From an uncultured Pelagibacteraceae bacterium (GTDB taxonomy: Bacteria; Pseudomonadota; Alphaproteobacteria; Pelagibacterales; Pelagibacteraceae), in assembly GCA_902539145.1 (NCBI GenBank), contig CACBHX010000001.1, positions 413 to 64,412 of the forward strand: a DNA stretch of 64,000 nucleotides, written 5' to 3'. Both the position numbers and the translations under genes were made by a program. The notes under the pieces are model-generated. The model made no database searches, was not told where the DNA came from, and saw only the letters and a program-made list of their open reading frames with translations. Shown here in pieces: positions 19,821 through 30,919 of this stretch; position 1 is the stretch's first letter; every line of letters starts with the position of its first letter.

Positions 19821-20512
19821 TTAAAAAGAAGAAAAAAAATAATATAATTGATTTTCCCTCAAAGTTATCAAATGTTGAAAAAGAAATTGAAGCGATAATT
19901 TTTGCTGCAGCTGAACCTTTAGATATTAGTACTATTGAAAGTAAAATTTCTAAAAAATCAGATGTAGAAAAAATTCTACACAAATTACAAAATGAATATA
20001 AAGATCGAGGAATAAATTTAGTTTGTATATCTAATAAATGGTCTTTTCGAACGTCTGCTAAATTGTCAAGTTTGATGGTTCAAGAAAAGACTGTTGAAAA
20101 AAAATTATCTAGGGCTGCAATAGAGACTTTATCAATTATTGTTTATCATCAACCTGTAACCCGAGCAGAGATTGAGGAAATTAGAGGTGTAGCTTTTGGA
20201 ACAAATACTATTGAGATATTGATGGAATTAGATTGGGTTAAGCCTGGTGGAAGAAAAGATGTTCCTGGAAAACCAATTCAATATGTTACGACTGATAATT
20301 TTCTAAGTCATTTTAACCTGCAAAAGTTATCTGATTTACCTACTGTTGATGAGTTAGGAGCCGCAGGTTTAATTGATAGCGCTAATATAGATAATGCAAT
20401 ATTCGGTACAGGAAAATTTTACAAGGAAAAACAAGAAGAAAAAAAAGAGGACATTTACTCGAATATTGATGAAATGTTGAGCAGTACTCTTGATAAGGAT
20501 GAGCAAAAGTAA
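19817..20512 (+). CDS. scpB: Segregation/condensation protein B
   Basis: LSRAAIETLSIIVYHQPVTRAEIEEIRGV. Confidence 0.95.
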   Translation: MIKKKKKNNIIDFPSKLSNVEKEIEAIIFAAAEPLDISTIESKISKKSDVEKILHKLQNEYKDRGINLVCISNKWSFRTSAKLSSLMVQEKTVEKKLSRAAIETLSIIVYHQPVTRAEIEEIRGVAFGTNTIEILMELDWVKPGGRKDVPGKPIQYVTTDNFLSHFNLQKLSDLPTVDELGAAGLIDSANIDNAIFGTGKFYKEKQEEKKEDIYSNIDEMLSSTLDKDEQK

Positions 20513-20554
20513 TTTGTCACTTTAAATTTTTAATAAAAAGGATATAAGTTACTT

Positions 20555-20764
20555 ATGAGCATAGGAATTTGGCAAATAGCTATAGTAGTAATATTAGTTG
20601 TTTTACTATTTGGTCGTGGCAAAATATCTAGTTTGATGGGCGATGTAGCCAAGGGTATTAAGAGTTTCAAAAAAGGTATGGCATCTGACGTAACAGATGA
20701 GTCAGAACCTAAAAATATTTCTGACGATAATCAGGACAATAATAAATCTAATAATAAAGAGTAA
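20555..20764 (+). CDS. tatA: Twin-arginine translocase TatA
   Basis: LLFGRGKI...GIKSFKKG. Confidence 0.95.
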   Translation: MSIGIWQIAIVVILVVLLFGRGKISSLMGDVAKGIKSFKKGMASDVTDESEPKNISDDNQDNNKSNNKE

Positions 20765-20769
20765 ACCAC

Positions 20770-20982
20770 ATGCCTACGATTGGTTGGTTTGAAATTTTAA
20801 TTGTCGTAGGTATTGCTATTGTAGTCTTAGGTCCAAAGGATTTTCCAATAATGCTCAAGAAGGTTGGTTCTTGGATTGGCACTGCTAAAAGGTATGTTAA
20901 TAATGTTCAAAATGAAGTTTCTAACATCGATATTGATGAAAACGAAATAAAAGAAAAAAAAGAAGAAAAGAAAAATGACTAA
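20770..20982 (+). CDS. tatB: Twin-arginine translocase TatB (short)
   Basis: IGWFEI...VLGPKDFP between tatA and tatC. Confidence 0.9.
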   Translation: MPTIGWFEILIVVGIAIVVLGPKDFPIMLKKVGSWIGTAKRYVNNVQNEVSNIDIDENEIKEKKEEKKND

Positions 20983-21751
20983 CGATGATAAAGACACAGG
21001 TTTTATTAGTCATTTAGCTGAATTAAGAAAAAGGTTAATACACAGTTTTATATTTCTAATTATTTTTTTTGTAGGATGTTATTTTTTTGCTGAACATATA
21101 TATGGTTTTTTAGTTGAACCGTATGCTAAAGCAGTCAAAGACGATGAGACAAATAGAAGATTGATATTTACTGCTCTACAAGAGACCTTTTTAACTTATC
21201 TAAAAGTTTCTTTTTTCACAGCTTTTTTTGTAACTTGTCCGTATATTTTAATGCAAATATGGAAGTTTATTGCGCCAGGTCTTTACAAGCATGAAAAAAT
21301 TGCGATTTTACCTTATTTAGTTTTAACACCTGTATTATTTTTTTTAGGAGGGTTACTTGTCTATTATCTTATAATGCCTTTAGCGATTAAATTTTTTCTT
21401 TCATTTGAAAGCTCAGGTATTTCTACCAATTTACCAATTCAATTAGAAGCTAAAGTGAATGAATATCTATCTTTAGTTATGAAATTAATTTTTGCATTTG
21501 GAATAAGTTTTCAGCTTCCAGTTGTTTTAAGTTTGTTAGCAAGAGTGGGATTAGTTGACTCAGATTTTTTAAAAAAAAGAAGAAAATATGTTGTTGTAAT
21601 TATATTTGCAGCAGCTGCATTATTAACACCACCCGATCCAATAACTCAAATTGGATTAGCGATACCTTTATTAATTTTATATGAATTATCAATTTTTTCA
21701 GTAAAGTTTATTGAAAATAAAAATTTAGAAAAATCTGATGCACAATCTTAA
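20975..21751 (+). CDS. tatC: Twin-arginine translocase TatC
   Basis: HLAELRKR, FIAPGLY, TPPD. Confidence 0.96.
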   Translation: MTNDDKDTGFISHLAELRKRLIHSFIFLIIFFVGCYFFAEHIYGFLVEPYAKAVKDDETNRRLIFTALQETFLTYLKVSFFTAFFVTCPYILMQIWKFIAPGLYKHEKIAILPYLVLTPVLFFLGGLLVYYLIMPLAIKFFLSFESSGISTNLPIQLEAKVNEYLSLVMKLIFAFGISFQLPVVLSLLARVGLVDSDFLKKRRKYVVVIIFAAAALLTPPDPITQIGLAIPLLILYELSIFSVKFIENKNLEKSDAQS

Positions 21752-22997
21752 AGAGATTAGAAAAGATTTTGATAATTTCAAAAAGTCTTTAAAAAAAAGA
21801 TCAATCGAAATAGACATTTCAAATTTAGAACAATTAGACAAAAAAAATAGAGAGTTAATCCAAAAAAAAGAATCTTTAGAGCAAGAAAAAAAAGAAATAT
21901 CTAGATCTAAAGATAAATCATTGTTTGAAAAATCAAAAAAATTATCTCAAGAGATTGATAATATTACAGAAGAACAAAAAAAAATTAAAATCGAATTAGA
22001 TAGTATTTTATCAAATATTCCAAATATTCCACACAAAGATGTTCCAACTGGTAAGGATGAAAATGACAATGTTGAAGTCATGAAATCTGGAACAATTCCA
22101 AATTTTGATTTTAAAGTTAAAAGTCATTATGAATTAGGTGAAGATCTTGGCATGCTTGATTTTGAATTAGCTACAAAGACTACCGGATCAAGATTTGTTT
22201 TTGTAAGAGATAAACTAGCTCTACTGGAAAGAGCATTATCAAATTTCATGTTAGATACTCATGTAACTAAAAATGGTTATAGCGAAATATCACCACCATT
22301 ATTAGCATCAGAAAGCACTATGTATGGCACAGGACAATTACCCAAATTCGAAAATGATCAATTTGAAGTTAAAATTGAGGAAGGAAATGAAAGAAAATTT
22401 CTTATACCCACAGCTGAGGTGATTTTAACAAACATGGTTAAGGATAAAATTATAAATCAAAAAGATTTACCAATGAGATTTGTTGCTTCAACTCCTTGTT
22501 TTAGAAAAGAGGCGGGTAGTTACGGTAAGGATACGAAAGGGATGATAAGACAACATCAATTTTATAAAGTTGAACTTGTTAGTATTGTAGAGCAAGAAAA
22601 TTGTCTAGAGGAGCTTGAAAGAATGACTAATTGTGCGACTGATATTTTAGATCTACTTGAATTACCTTATAGAAAAGTTATCCTTTGTAGTGGAGATATG
22701 GGATTTAGTGCAGAAAAAACTTACGACTTAGAAGTATGGTTGCCATCGGAAAATAGATATCGTGAAATATCCTCTTGTTCTTCTTGTTCTACATTTCAAG
22801 CGAGTAGAATGAAAGCAAGATATAAAACTCAAAATAAAGATACAAAGCATGTTAGTACATTAAATGGTAGTGGTCTAGCAATAGGTAGAACTTTGATCGC
22901 AATTTTAGAAAACTATCAAGAAAAGGATGGTTCTATTCTAATCCCAAAAGCGTTACGTCCTTATATGAATAATTTAGAAAAAATTTCACTTAAATAA
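21738..22997 (+). CDS. serS: Serine-tRNA ligase
   Basis: LIPTAE, FRKEAG, RQHQF, EISSCS, TLNGSGLA. Confidence 0.97.
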   Translation: MHNLKEIRKDFDNFKKSLKKRSIEIDISNLEQLDKKNRELIQKKESLEQEKKEISRSKDKSLFEKSKKLSQEIDNITEEQKKIKIELDSILSNIPNIPHKDVPTGKDENDNVEVMKSGTIPNFDFKVKSHYELGEDLGMLDFELATKTTGSRFVFVRDKLALLERALSNFMLDTHVTKNGYSEISPPLLASESTMYGTGQLPKFENDQFEVKIEEGNERKFLIPTAEVILTNMVKDKIINQKDLPMRFVASTPCFRKEAGSYGKDTKGMIRQHQFYKVELVSIVEQENCLEELERMTNCATDILDLLELPYRKVILCSGDMGFSAEKTYDLEVWLPSENRYREISSCSSCSTFQASRMKARYKTQNKDTKHVSTLNGSGLAIGRTLIAILENYQEKDGSILIPKALRPYMNNLEKISLK

Positions 22998-23051
22998 AGT
23001 TGTTTTAATTCTTTAGATGGTATAAAAGTTCAAATTAAAATCAGGAGTTTT

Positions 23052-23339
23052 ATGGATAGTTCAGGATTTGGTCAGTTTATACCGTTAATATTAATTTTTG
23101 TAATATTTTATTTTTTCCTTATTAGACCTCAACAAAAAAAAGTAAAAGAACACAGGACTATGGTCGAAAATTTAAAAAAAGGAGATAAAGTTGTTACATC
23201 AGGTGGAATAACCGGGATTATCACAAGGGTTGTAGATAATGATAAAGTTGAGGTTGAAATCGCAGAAAATGTAACTGTTGAAGTCATAAGAGGCACAGGA
23301 ATTCAAAGCTTAATGAATTCTCAAGAACCAAAGAAATAG
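23052..23339 (+). CDS. yajC: Preprotein translocase YajC
   Basis: FYFFLIRPQQK, GDKVVTSGG. Confidence 0.96.
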   Translation: MDSSGFGQFIPLILIFVIFYFFLIRPQQKKVKEHRTMVENLKKGDKVVTSGGITGIITRVVDNDKVEVEIAENVTVEVIRGTGIQSLMNSQEPKK

Positions 23340-23353
23340 TCTAATTTAATAGT

Positions 23354-24907
23354 GTGTTATATTTTTCTAAATTAAAGATAATTTTCATTTTAATTATATC
23401 TTTATTTTTAATTTTAATCGCATCATCAAATTTATTTAAATTTGATAATAATTTTCTTAAAAGGAATATAAATCTTGGTTTAGATCTTCAAGGTGGATCT
23501 TATCTTTTATTGGAAATTGATAATAAACCTGTTATTGAGCAAAAACTTCAAAATTTAACGATCACTTTACGAGATTATTTTAAAGGAAAAAATATAAAAT
23601 TAGTAAATTTTATACTTCAAAATGAAAAAATTCTATTTAAAGTTAATGAAAAGGATAAACAAAAAGTCCTAGATATATTTAACGATAAAAAAAGTGAAAT
23701 AAATCCTTATTATGAAAGATTTAAATCACACCAACTAGAAATAACTGAAGAGAATGATTTTCTAAGTGTAATTTTTTCTAAGCAAGGTTTAATAAAGCTC
23801 AAAACATCTTCACAGGAACAGGCTCTTGAAATAGTAAGAAGGAGAATAGATGAAGTTGGAACGAATGAACCCAATATTCTTAAAAGAGGAAATGACAGAA
23901 TATTAGTAGAACTTCCTGGCCTTGATGATCCCATGAGAATAAAAACTTTATTAGGAAAAACTGCTAATCTTACATTTAGATTTGTTTCTAATAACAATGA
24001 AGATTCATTTGGCAATGAAAAATTAAATTATGAAGATGAAGAAGGGTCAGAATTTGTTAGTAAAAGAATAATTCTTAGTGGAGACAACTTACTTGACGCT
24101 CAACCAAGGATGGACAGTGAGGCAAATGAGACAGTTGTTACTTTTAGTTTAGACAGGGTAGGGGCAAAAAGATTTGGTAAAGCAACCTCAAAAGGGATCG
24201 GTAGACAATTAGCCATAATTCTTGATGGAAAGATTATTAGTGCTCCAGTTATTCAAGATACAATAGCTGGTGGTTCTGGACAAATTAGTGGAGGCTTTAC
24301 ATTTCAGTCAGCAACCGATTTAGCTCTTTTGTTGAGATCAGGGGCACTACCGGCACCGTTAAATATAATTGAAGAAAGAACAGTTGGACCCAGTCTCGGT
24401 CAAGATTCGATCGATGCTGGTATAATAGCTTTAATTATAGGTTTCATTTTAGTTATAGTTTTTATAATTGTTAAATATAAAATTTTCGGAATAATTACAA
24501 ATACGGCTTTAATAATTAATTTACTTCTTTTAGTGGGTGTTCTCACATTATTTGAAGCAACTTTAACATTACCAGGTATAGCAGGGATAATTTTGACTGT
24601 TGGTATGGCTGTAGATGCGAACGTGTTAATTTTTGAGCGTATAAGAGAAGAACTTAAAAATGAGAAAAATAGATTGATTGCTTTCGACAGTGGTTACTCA
24701 AAATCAAAAACTGCAATTCTTGATGCAAACATAACAACTTTATTAGCAGCAATCATATTATTTTTTATGGGCTCAGGCCCTATTAAAGGTTTTTCAATAA
24801 CTTTAGGTGTCGGAATTTTTACAACTCTATTTTCTGTTTATTTCATCGCAAGACTTTTAACCGTCTTGTATATTTCAAAAAATAAAAACAAAGAAATTGT
24901 TATATAA
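23354..24907 (+). CDS. secD: Protein translocase SecD
   Basis: LGLDLQGG, VGPSLG, GMAVDANVLIFERIREE. Confidence 0.96.
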   Translation: MLYFSKLKIIFILIISLFLILIASSNLFKFDNNFLKRNINLGLDLQGGSYLLLEIDNKPVIEQKLQNLTITLRDYFKGKNIKLVNFILQNEKILFKVNEKDKQKVLDIFNDKKSEINPYYERFKSHQLEITEENDFLSVIFSKQGLIKLKTSSQEQALEIVRRRIDEVGTNEPNILKRGNDRILVELPGLDDPMRIKTLLGKTANLTFRFVSNNNEDSFGNEKLNYEDEEGSEFVSKRIILSGDNLLDAQPRMDSEANETVVTFSLDRVGAKRFGKATSKGIGRQLAIILDGKIISAPVIQDTIAGGSGQISGGFTFQSATDLALLLRSGALPAPLNIIEERTVGPSLGQDSIDAGIIALIIGFILVIVFIIVKYKIFGIITNTALIINLLLLVGVLTLFEATLTLPGIAGIILTVGMAVDANVLIFERIREELKNEKNRLIAFDSGYSKSKTAILDANITTLLAAIILFFMGSGPIKGFSITLGVGIFTTLFSVYFIARLLTVLYISKNKNKEIVI

Positions 24908-25798
24908 ATGATAGCTTTTAATAAATACTATAACCAGTTTAATATATTATCTATATCATTAGTTGTTATTTCTTTATTATTTTTAATATTTAAGGGATTA
25001 AATTTTGGTATTGATTTTAAAGGAGGTATTTTAATTGAACTTAGGTCTACAGACTCAAAGGTTAACGTATCATCTTTAAGAGACAGATTTAATCAAATGG
25101 ATTTAGGAGATGTTTCAGTTAAAAAATTTGGTAATGAAACTGACTATTTAATTAAGTTTGAAAACAAAGATAATAAAAAGAACATTATTGAAGAAGTTAA
25201 AAAAAATTTAGATAAATCATTTGGAAACAATATAGATTTTAGAAGAGTTGAGAATGTTGGCCCCAAAGTTAGTGCTGAATTATTAAGATCAGGCATAATT
25301 GCTATTTCGGTAGCATTAGCTCTTATGCTAATCTATATTTGGATAAGATTTGAATGGCAATTTAGTCTTGGTGCTATTTGTGCATTATTTCATGATGTAA
25401 TTGTTACGCTGGGTCTGTTTTCGTTACTTGGTTTGGAAATAAATTTATCAATAATAGCTGCTGTTTTAACAATAGTTGGTTATTCAATGAATGATACAGT
25501 AGTTATTTTTGATCGTGTTCGTGAAAATTTAAGAAAATATGCTGATATTAAAATATTTGAATTAACTAATATCTCAATTAATGAAACTTTATCAAGAACC
25601 TTAATCACATCAATAACGACACTTTTAGCATTAGTCTCAATTTTTATTTTTGGTGGAGAAATTTTAAAAGGTTTCTCATTGGCTATGATTTTTGGTGTTA
25701 TTTTTGGAACTTATTCGTCAATCTATATAGCGAATACAATTCTCGTAAGACTAAATGTTTCTCAAAAAACTATTTTAAAAGATGAAGAAAAAAATTAA
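24908..25798 (+). CDS. secF: Protein translocase SecF
   Basis: GIDFKGG, VGPKV, GYSMNDTVVIFDRVRE. Confidence 0.96.
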   Translation: MIAFNKYYNQFNILSISLVVISLLFLIFKGLNFGIDFKGGILIELRSTDSKVNVSSLRDRFNQMDLGDVSVKKFGNETDYLIKFENKDNKKNIIEEVKKNLDKSFGNNIDFRRVENVGPKVSAELLRSGIIAISVALALMLIYIWIRFEWQFSLGAICALFHDVIVTLGLFSLLGLEINLSIIAAVLTIVGYSMNDTVVIFDRVRENLRKYADIKIFELTNISINETLSRTLITSITTLLALVSIFIFGGEILKGFSLAMIFGVIFGTYSSIYIANTILVRLNVSQKTILKDEEKN

Positions 25799-26397
25799 TA
25801 CAAATTTTGCGCTATAACCATTGTAAATAGCATAGGTATTGATAGTAAGGTATTTGTTCTTGATGTTAGCATTGCTATTCTTGCGGATTTAGTTTTAATT
25901 TCTTGTTCACACTCCACTATGCCCAATGCTCTTTTTTGATTCGGCCATATTATAAACCATACATTAAAAGCCATAATAACCCCTAGCCACATTCCAATCC
26001 CAATTACTGTATGTTTTGGAATACCAGAAGAAATACTCAATGTCATTGCATCATACAAGTAACCATTTAAAAGAGCCAAAATAGATCCAGATAAAATAGT
26101 AAGAAGAGCAGCCCAACGGAAATAAAATAAGGCAGCTGGGGCGATAACTTTACTTATAGCAGGTTTTTGTTCATCTGGAATTTGCGACATATTAGGAATT
26201 TGAATAAAATTAAAGTACCATAATAAACCAATCCACATAATTGCAACACTTACGTGTAAAAATCTGCATATAGAACTCCAGAACAGAGTATCAAAAACAA
26301 AACCCCCATTAAAAAAAAATAAAACTAAAAACAATAATATTGTTAAAGCGAAAGAAAAATGGATAGTTTTTGATAAGGATGATAATATCTTAATCAT
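25795..26397 (-). CDS. Urate hydroxylase PuuD-like membrane domain protein
   Basis: RFLHV...WIG..WYFNF, FRWAA, NVWFIIWPNQKR, SRTNT motifs. Confidence 0.75.
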   Translation of the reverse strand: MIKILSSLSKTIHFSFALTILLFLVLFFFNGGFVFDTLFWSSICRFLHVSVAIMWIGLLWYFNFIQIPNMSQIPDEQKPAISKVIAPAALFYFRWAALLTILSGSILALLNGYLYDAMTLSISSGIPKHTVIGIGMWLGVIMAFNVWFIIWPNQKRALGIVECEQEIKTKSARIAMLTSRTNTLLSIPMLFTMVIAQNLY

Positions 26398-26470
26398 AAA
26401 ATAAAATTTTATTTAAATAAAAAATTAATTATATTATAAATAATATATTTTTCAAACTGAGTTAAATAAT

Positions 26471-27064
26471 ATGGAATTTACATTACCAAAACTAGATTAC
26501 GCAAATAATGCATTATCTCCTATAATGTCTGAAGAAACATTAGATTTACATCATGGCAAACATCATCAAACCTATATTACGAATTTAAATAACTTTATAA
26601 AAGATACAGATATGGCGAATAAGTCATTAGAGGATATAATTTTGGCAAGCTCAAAAGATAATTCAAAATTGGGAATATTTAATAATGCCAGTCAACATTG
26701 GAACCATAATTTATTTTGGAAATGTATGAAACCTAAAGGAGGTGGAAATATGCCGCCGAAATTAGAAAAAAGGATAGTATCTGATTTTGGAAATATCGAT
26801 AATTTCAAGAAGGATTTTAAGCAAGCGGGGATCACTCAGTTTGGTTCTGGTTGGTGTTGGTTATCGATAAACAATGACAAACTTGTCGTAACAAAAACTG
26901 CTAATGCAGCCAACCCCTTAATTGACAATATGAAACCAATTTTGGGATGTGATGTATGGGAACACTCTTATTATATTGATTATAGAAATCGAAGACCGGA
27001 ATATTTGGACAAATTTTTAGACAGTTTGGTTAATTGGGAGTTTGTCGACTCTTTACTTGATTGA
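26471..27064 (+). CDS. sodB: Fe-type superoxide dismutase
   Basis: HHGKHH, NNASQHWNH, FGSGW, TANA, DVWEHSYY. Confidence 0.92.
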   Translation: MEFTLPKLDYANNALSPIMSEETLDLHHGKHHQTYITNLNNFIKDTDMANKSLEDIILASSKDNSKLGIFNNASQHWNHNLFWKCMKPKGGGNMPPKLEKRIVSDFGNIDNFKKDFKQAGITQFGSGWCWLSINNDKLVVTKTANAANPLIDNMKPILGCDVWEHSYYIDYRNRRPEYLDKFLDSLVNWEFVDSLLD

Positions 27065-27490
27065 TTAAGTATTTATCTCTTTTGATTTTCTAGCATGTAT
27101 AAAAGATTTTATACATTGAAACGTAAAAAAGGAACCTGTCAACAACATCATTAGTTTTGAAATATCAGCCCAAATATTTTCAAAAGCACTACCTGTTAGT
27201 AGTGATCTTACAAAATCTAAACCTCCAAAAAAAATAATCAGTCCAAAAAGAACTACTATATGCATAAATATTTTTTTCTTGGCTTCAAATTTAATTGCTA
27301 GATAAGAAAAAATTAAAATGGGTAGACCTAAAAAGGATGGAATATATGAAGTAAAGGAGCCAGATTTACTTATTAAGCTAACTATAATTCCCCATATAAC
27401 TAAAAATAGTCCATAACAAATTGAAAGATTTTCCATAGTCAACCCCATAGCCTTAAAATCTTTGTTTGTTTGATCTAGATCATTGTTCAT
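27065..27490 (-). CDS. 4-TM membrane protein, unknown function
   Basis: Hydrophobic; ATG 27490 avoids the uvrA overlap of the longer ORF. Confidence 0.7.
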   Translation of the reverse strand: MNNDLDQTNKDFKAMGLTMENLSICYGLFLVIWGIIVSLISKSGSFTSYIPSFLGLPILIFSYLAIKFEAKKKIFMHIVVLFGLIIFFGGLDFVRSLLTGSAFENIWADISKLMMLLTGSFFTFQCIKSFIHARKSKEINT

Positions 27491-27509
27491 TTTGGCATTT
27501 ATAATTAAT

Positions 27510-30368
27510 TTAGTTGATAAGTAAAGGTTTAAGGAATTTTCCAGTATAACTCTGATCAATTTTACAAATATCTTCTGGTTTTCCCTCTGCAATAATTTTT
27601 CCACCTTTAACTCCACCCTCGGGGCCCATATCAACTATGTAATCCGCTGTTTTTATAACATCAAGATTATGTTCAATTACTACTACTGTATTTCCAAGAG
27701 CAACAAATGTATGCAAAATTTCTAATAGCTTTTTTATGTCATGTTGATGTAAACCAGTTGTTGGCTCATCAAGTATATACATTGTACGTCCAGTTGATCT
27801 TTTGGATAATTCTTTTGCAAGCTTTATTCTTTGAGCTTCTCCACCAGAGAGAGTGGTGGCTTGTTGTCCAATTTTTATATAACCTAATCCAACTTTTTTA
27901 AGAGTAAGTAATTTAGTCTTGATATTTGTTATATTTTCGAAATATTCACATCCTTCATCAACCGTCATATTCAAAACATCCGCAATACTTTTATCTTTAA
28001 ACTTTATTTCTAAAGTCTCACGATTATATCTTGTACCTTTACATTCATCACATTGAATATATACATCAGGGAGAAAGTGCATTTCATATGTAATAACTCC
28101 ATCACCTTCACAAGCTTCACATCTTCCACCCTTAACATTAAAAGAAAATCTACCTGGTTTGTAACCTCTTGATTTAGATTCAGGTAGAGATGTAAACCAA
28201 TCTCTTATTGGTCCAAAAGCACCAGTGTACGTTGCTGGATTTGATCTTGGAGTACGACCTATAGGTGATTGATCAATATCAATAACTTTATCTATTAATT
28301 CCGTTCCTTTAAAATTTTTAAATGGTTTGGGAATTTTTCTAGATTTATTATTATTTAAAGTTAGGTTAAGGGCATTATAAAGCGTTTGTAAAACTAATGT
28401 AGACTTTCCACTTCCAGATACTCCAGTCACACATGTTAAACTTCCTAGAGGTATCTTTAAATTTACGTTATCTAAATTATTTCCTGTAGCACCAGTAATT
28501 TCTAAAAATCTTCCATTTTTTGCCAACCTTCTTTTTGGTGGAACTATTATTTTGAATTTATTTGATAAATATTTTCCAGTAATACTATCTTTGTTTTGAC
28601 CTATTTCTTTAAAAGTTCCTTGTGCTACAACTTGTCCACCATTATTACCGGCTTCAGGACCAAGATCGATGATGTGATCGGCGTTCTCCATTGTCTCTGT
28701 ATCATGTTCAACAACAATAACAGTGTTTCCTAAATCCCTTAATCGTTTTAAAGCATTAATTAATTTTACATTATCTTTTTGATGAAGACCTATAGAAGGT
28801 TCATCTAAAACATAGAGTACACCTGTTAAACCCGATCCTATTTGTGATGCAAGTCTTATCCTCTGTGACTCACCACCCGATAATGTTCCTGACTCTCTTG
28901 ATAGAGTTAAGTAATCAAGTCCAACATTTAATAAAAAATCTAATCTTTCATTTATTTCTTTTAAAATATGTTCAGCAATTTTAAATTGTTTTTTATTCAG
29001 GTTTGTCTGAAGTTCTTTAAACCATTTTGAGGCTTCTAAAATTGATTTTTCGGTTACCTCACTGATATGTAAACCATCTATTTTTACACATAGAGCCTCA
29101 TCCTTTAGTCTATGACCATTACATCTTTCACATTTAGTATCTGATTGATATTGGGATATCTCCTCTCTTTTCCAATCACTATCAGTTTCTAAATAACGAC
29201 GCTCAAGATTATTTATAACACCCTCAAACGATTTCTTATGTGAATATTTTTCATATCCATCATCGTAAGTAAATTTTATTTCTTCGTCATCAGAACCATA
29301 AAGAATTATGTCTCTTATTTTTTTCGGTAATTTATTCCATCTTTCATTGAGAGAAAAATCGTAGTGTTTTGCGAGAGAAGAGAGAGTTTGGGCATAATAT
29401 AAAGTAGTAGTTTTTGCCCATGGTTCGATTGCACCGTCAATAATAGATTTTTTTTCATTTGGTATAACTAAGTTAGGGTCGACATTAAGTTTTATACCTA
29501 TACCCTCACATTCTTCACAGGCACCAAACGGACTATTAAAAGAAAATAATCTTGGTTCAATTTCCTCGATAGTAAATCCACTTTCAGGACAAGCAAATTT
29601 AGTTGAGAAGATTAATCTCTCTAATTTTCTAAATTTTTTGGGTAAAGTTTCATTTTCATATTCAACGAAAACAAGACCATTTGCTAAATTTATTGATGTT
29701 TCAATTCCCTCTGCTAACCGATTACCTAAAGATGAATTTAGTATAATCCTATCAACTAAGACATATATATCGTGCTTTATCTTTTTATTAAGTTCAGGAA
29801 CATTATCTATGTCATAAAGTTTATCATCTATTTTAATTTTTCTAAATCCACGCTTTTTAAAGCCCAATATTTCTTTTTTGTATTCACCTTTACGTCCTCT
29901 TACTACCGGAGCAAATAAATAAATTGTTGATTTTTTCGGTAATTCTTTAATTTTATCTACAATTTGAGTAATTGTTTGAGATACTATTGGTTTACCGGTG
30001 AAAGGTGAATAGGGAATTCCTGCTCTTGCATAAAGAACTCTCATATAATCATAAATTTCCGTAACTGTTGCGACAGTAGATCTAGGATTTTTTGAAGTAT
30101 TCTTTTGCTCAATCGAAATAGCAGGGCTCAAACCTTCAATTAAATCAACATTAGGTTTTTTCATTTTGTCTAAGAACTGACGTGCATAAGCTGATAAACT
30201 TTCAACGTATCTTCTTTGACCTTCTGCATAAACGGTATCGAATGCTAGCGAAGATTTTCCAGAGCCAGATAGACCTGTTATAACTACAAATTTGTCTTTA
30301 GGTATTTCTAATGAAATATTTTTTAAATTGTGCTCTTTAGCCCCCTTAATAAGTATCTTTTTCATCAT
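27510..30368 (-). CDS. uvrA: Excinuclease ABC subunit A
   Basis: Two ABC cassettes ([21 protein letters not shown]), Zn-finger CxxC pairs. Confidence 0.98.
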   Translation of the reverse strand: MMKKILIKGAKEHNLKNISLEIPKDKFVVITGLSGSGKSSLAFDTVYAEGQRRYVESLSAYARQFLDKMKKPNVDLIEGLSPAISIEQKNTSKNPRSTVATVTEIYDYMRVLYARAGIPYSPFTGKPIVSQTITQIVDKIKELPKKSTIYLFAPVVRGRKGEYKKEILGFKKRGFRKIKIDDKLYDIDNVPELNKKIKHDIYVLVDRIILNSSLGNRLAEGIETSINLANGLVFVEYENETLPKKFRKLERLIFSTKFACPESGFTIEEIEPRLFSFNSPFGACEECEGIGIKLNVDPNLVIPNEKKSIIDGAIEPWAKTTTLYYAQTLSSLAKHYDFSLNERWNKLPKKIRDIILYGSDDEEIKFTYDDGYEKYSHKKSFEGVINNLERRYLETDSDWKREEISQYQSDTKCERCNGHRLKDEALCVKIDGLHISEVTEKSILEASKWFKELQTNLNKKQFKIAEHILKEINERLDFLLNVGLDYLTLSRESGTLSGGESQRIRLASQIGSGLTGVLYVLDEPSIGLHQKDNVKLINALKRLRDLGNTVIVVEHDTETMENADHIIDLGPEAGNNGGQVVAQGTFKEIGQNKDSITGKYLSNKFKIIVPPKRRLAKNGRFLEITGATGNNLDNVNLKIPLGSLTCVTGVSGSGKSTLVLQTLYNALNLTLNNNKSRKIPKPFKNFKGTELIDKVIDIDQSPIGRTPRSNPATYTGAFGPIRDWFTSLPESKSRGYKPGRFSFNVKGGRCEACEGDGVITYEMHFLPDVYIQCDECKGTRYNRETLEIKFKDKSIADVLNMTVDEGCEYFENITNIKTKLLTLKKVGLGYIKIGQQATTLSGGEAQRIKLAKELSKRSTGRTMYILDEPTTGLHQHDIKKLLEILHTFVALGNTVVVIEHNLDVIKTADYIVDMGPEGGVKGGKIIAEGKPEDICKIDQSYTGKFLKPLLIN

Positions 30369-30458
30369 AATTCTTATTGCTTTGACTTAATAAAATTAAT
30401 ATTCAGAGTAAATTGTGATATAAATCTAATTAATTAATAATACAAATATTAAAATATT

Positions 30459-30914
30459 ATGGCTGGAAGTTTAAATAAAGTACTTTTAATTGGTCGTTTG
30501 GGCGCAGATCCTGAAATTAAGCAAATGGTAAATGGAAAAAATGTTGCAAGGCTTAGTCTTGCCACAAGTCAATCGTGGAAAGATAAAAATTCTGGAGAAA
30601 AAAAAGAAAAAACAGAATGGCACCGTGTGGTTGTATTTAATGAGGGTCTAGTTAACGTTGTTCAACAATATTTAAAAAAAGGAGCTCAAATTTATGTTGA
30701 GGGACAGCTCTCAACGAGAAAATGGAAAGACGAACAATCGGGCCAAGATAAATTTTCTACTGAGATTATTATTCAAGGATATAATTCTTCACTTACAATG
30801 TTGGGTGGAGGCAACTCTGGTGGTGGTATTGCAAATGACAATAATAAATCATTAAATAATAATGATGATATGTCTCAGATTTCCAACGAAATGGATGACG
30901 AAATTCCATTCTAG
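30459..30914 (+). CDS. ssb: Single-stranded DNA-binding protein
   Basis: [15 protein letters not shown]-terminal DDEIPF. Confidence 0.98.
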   Translation: MAGSLNKVLLIGRLGADPEIKQMVNGKNVARLSLATSQSWKDKNSGEKKEKTEWHRVVVFNEGLVNVVQQYLKKGAQIYVEGQLSTRKWKDEQSGQDKFSTEIIIQGYNSSLTMLGGGNSGGGIANDNNKSLNNNDDMSQISNEMDDEIPF

Positions 30915-30919
30915 CAATT

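Noticed and set aside
26398-26470. AT-only palindromes upstream of sodB as a Fur/Irr box
   Set aside because: Low-complexity A/T sequence that cannot be told from background.
30369-30458. Expected LexA box in the uvrA-ssb divergent promoter
   Set aside because: No GTTC-N7-GTTC or GAAC-N7-GAAC match is visible.
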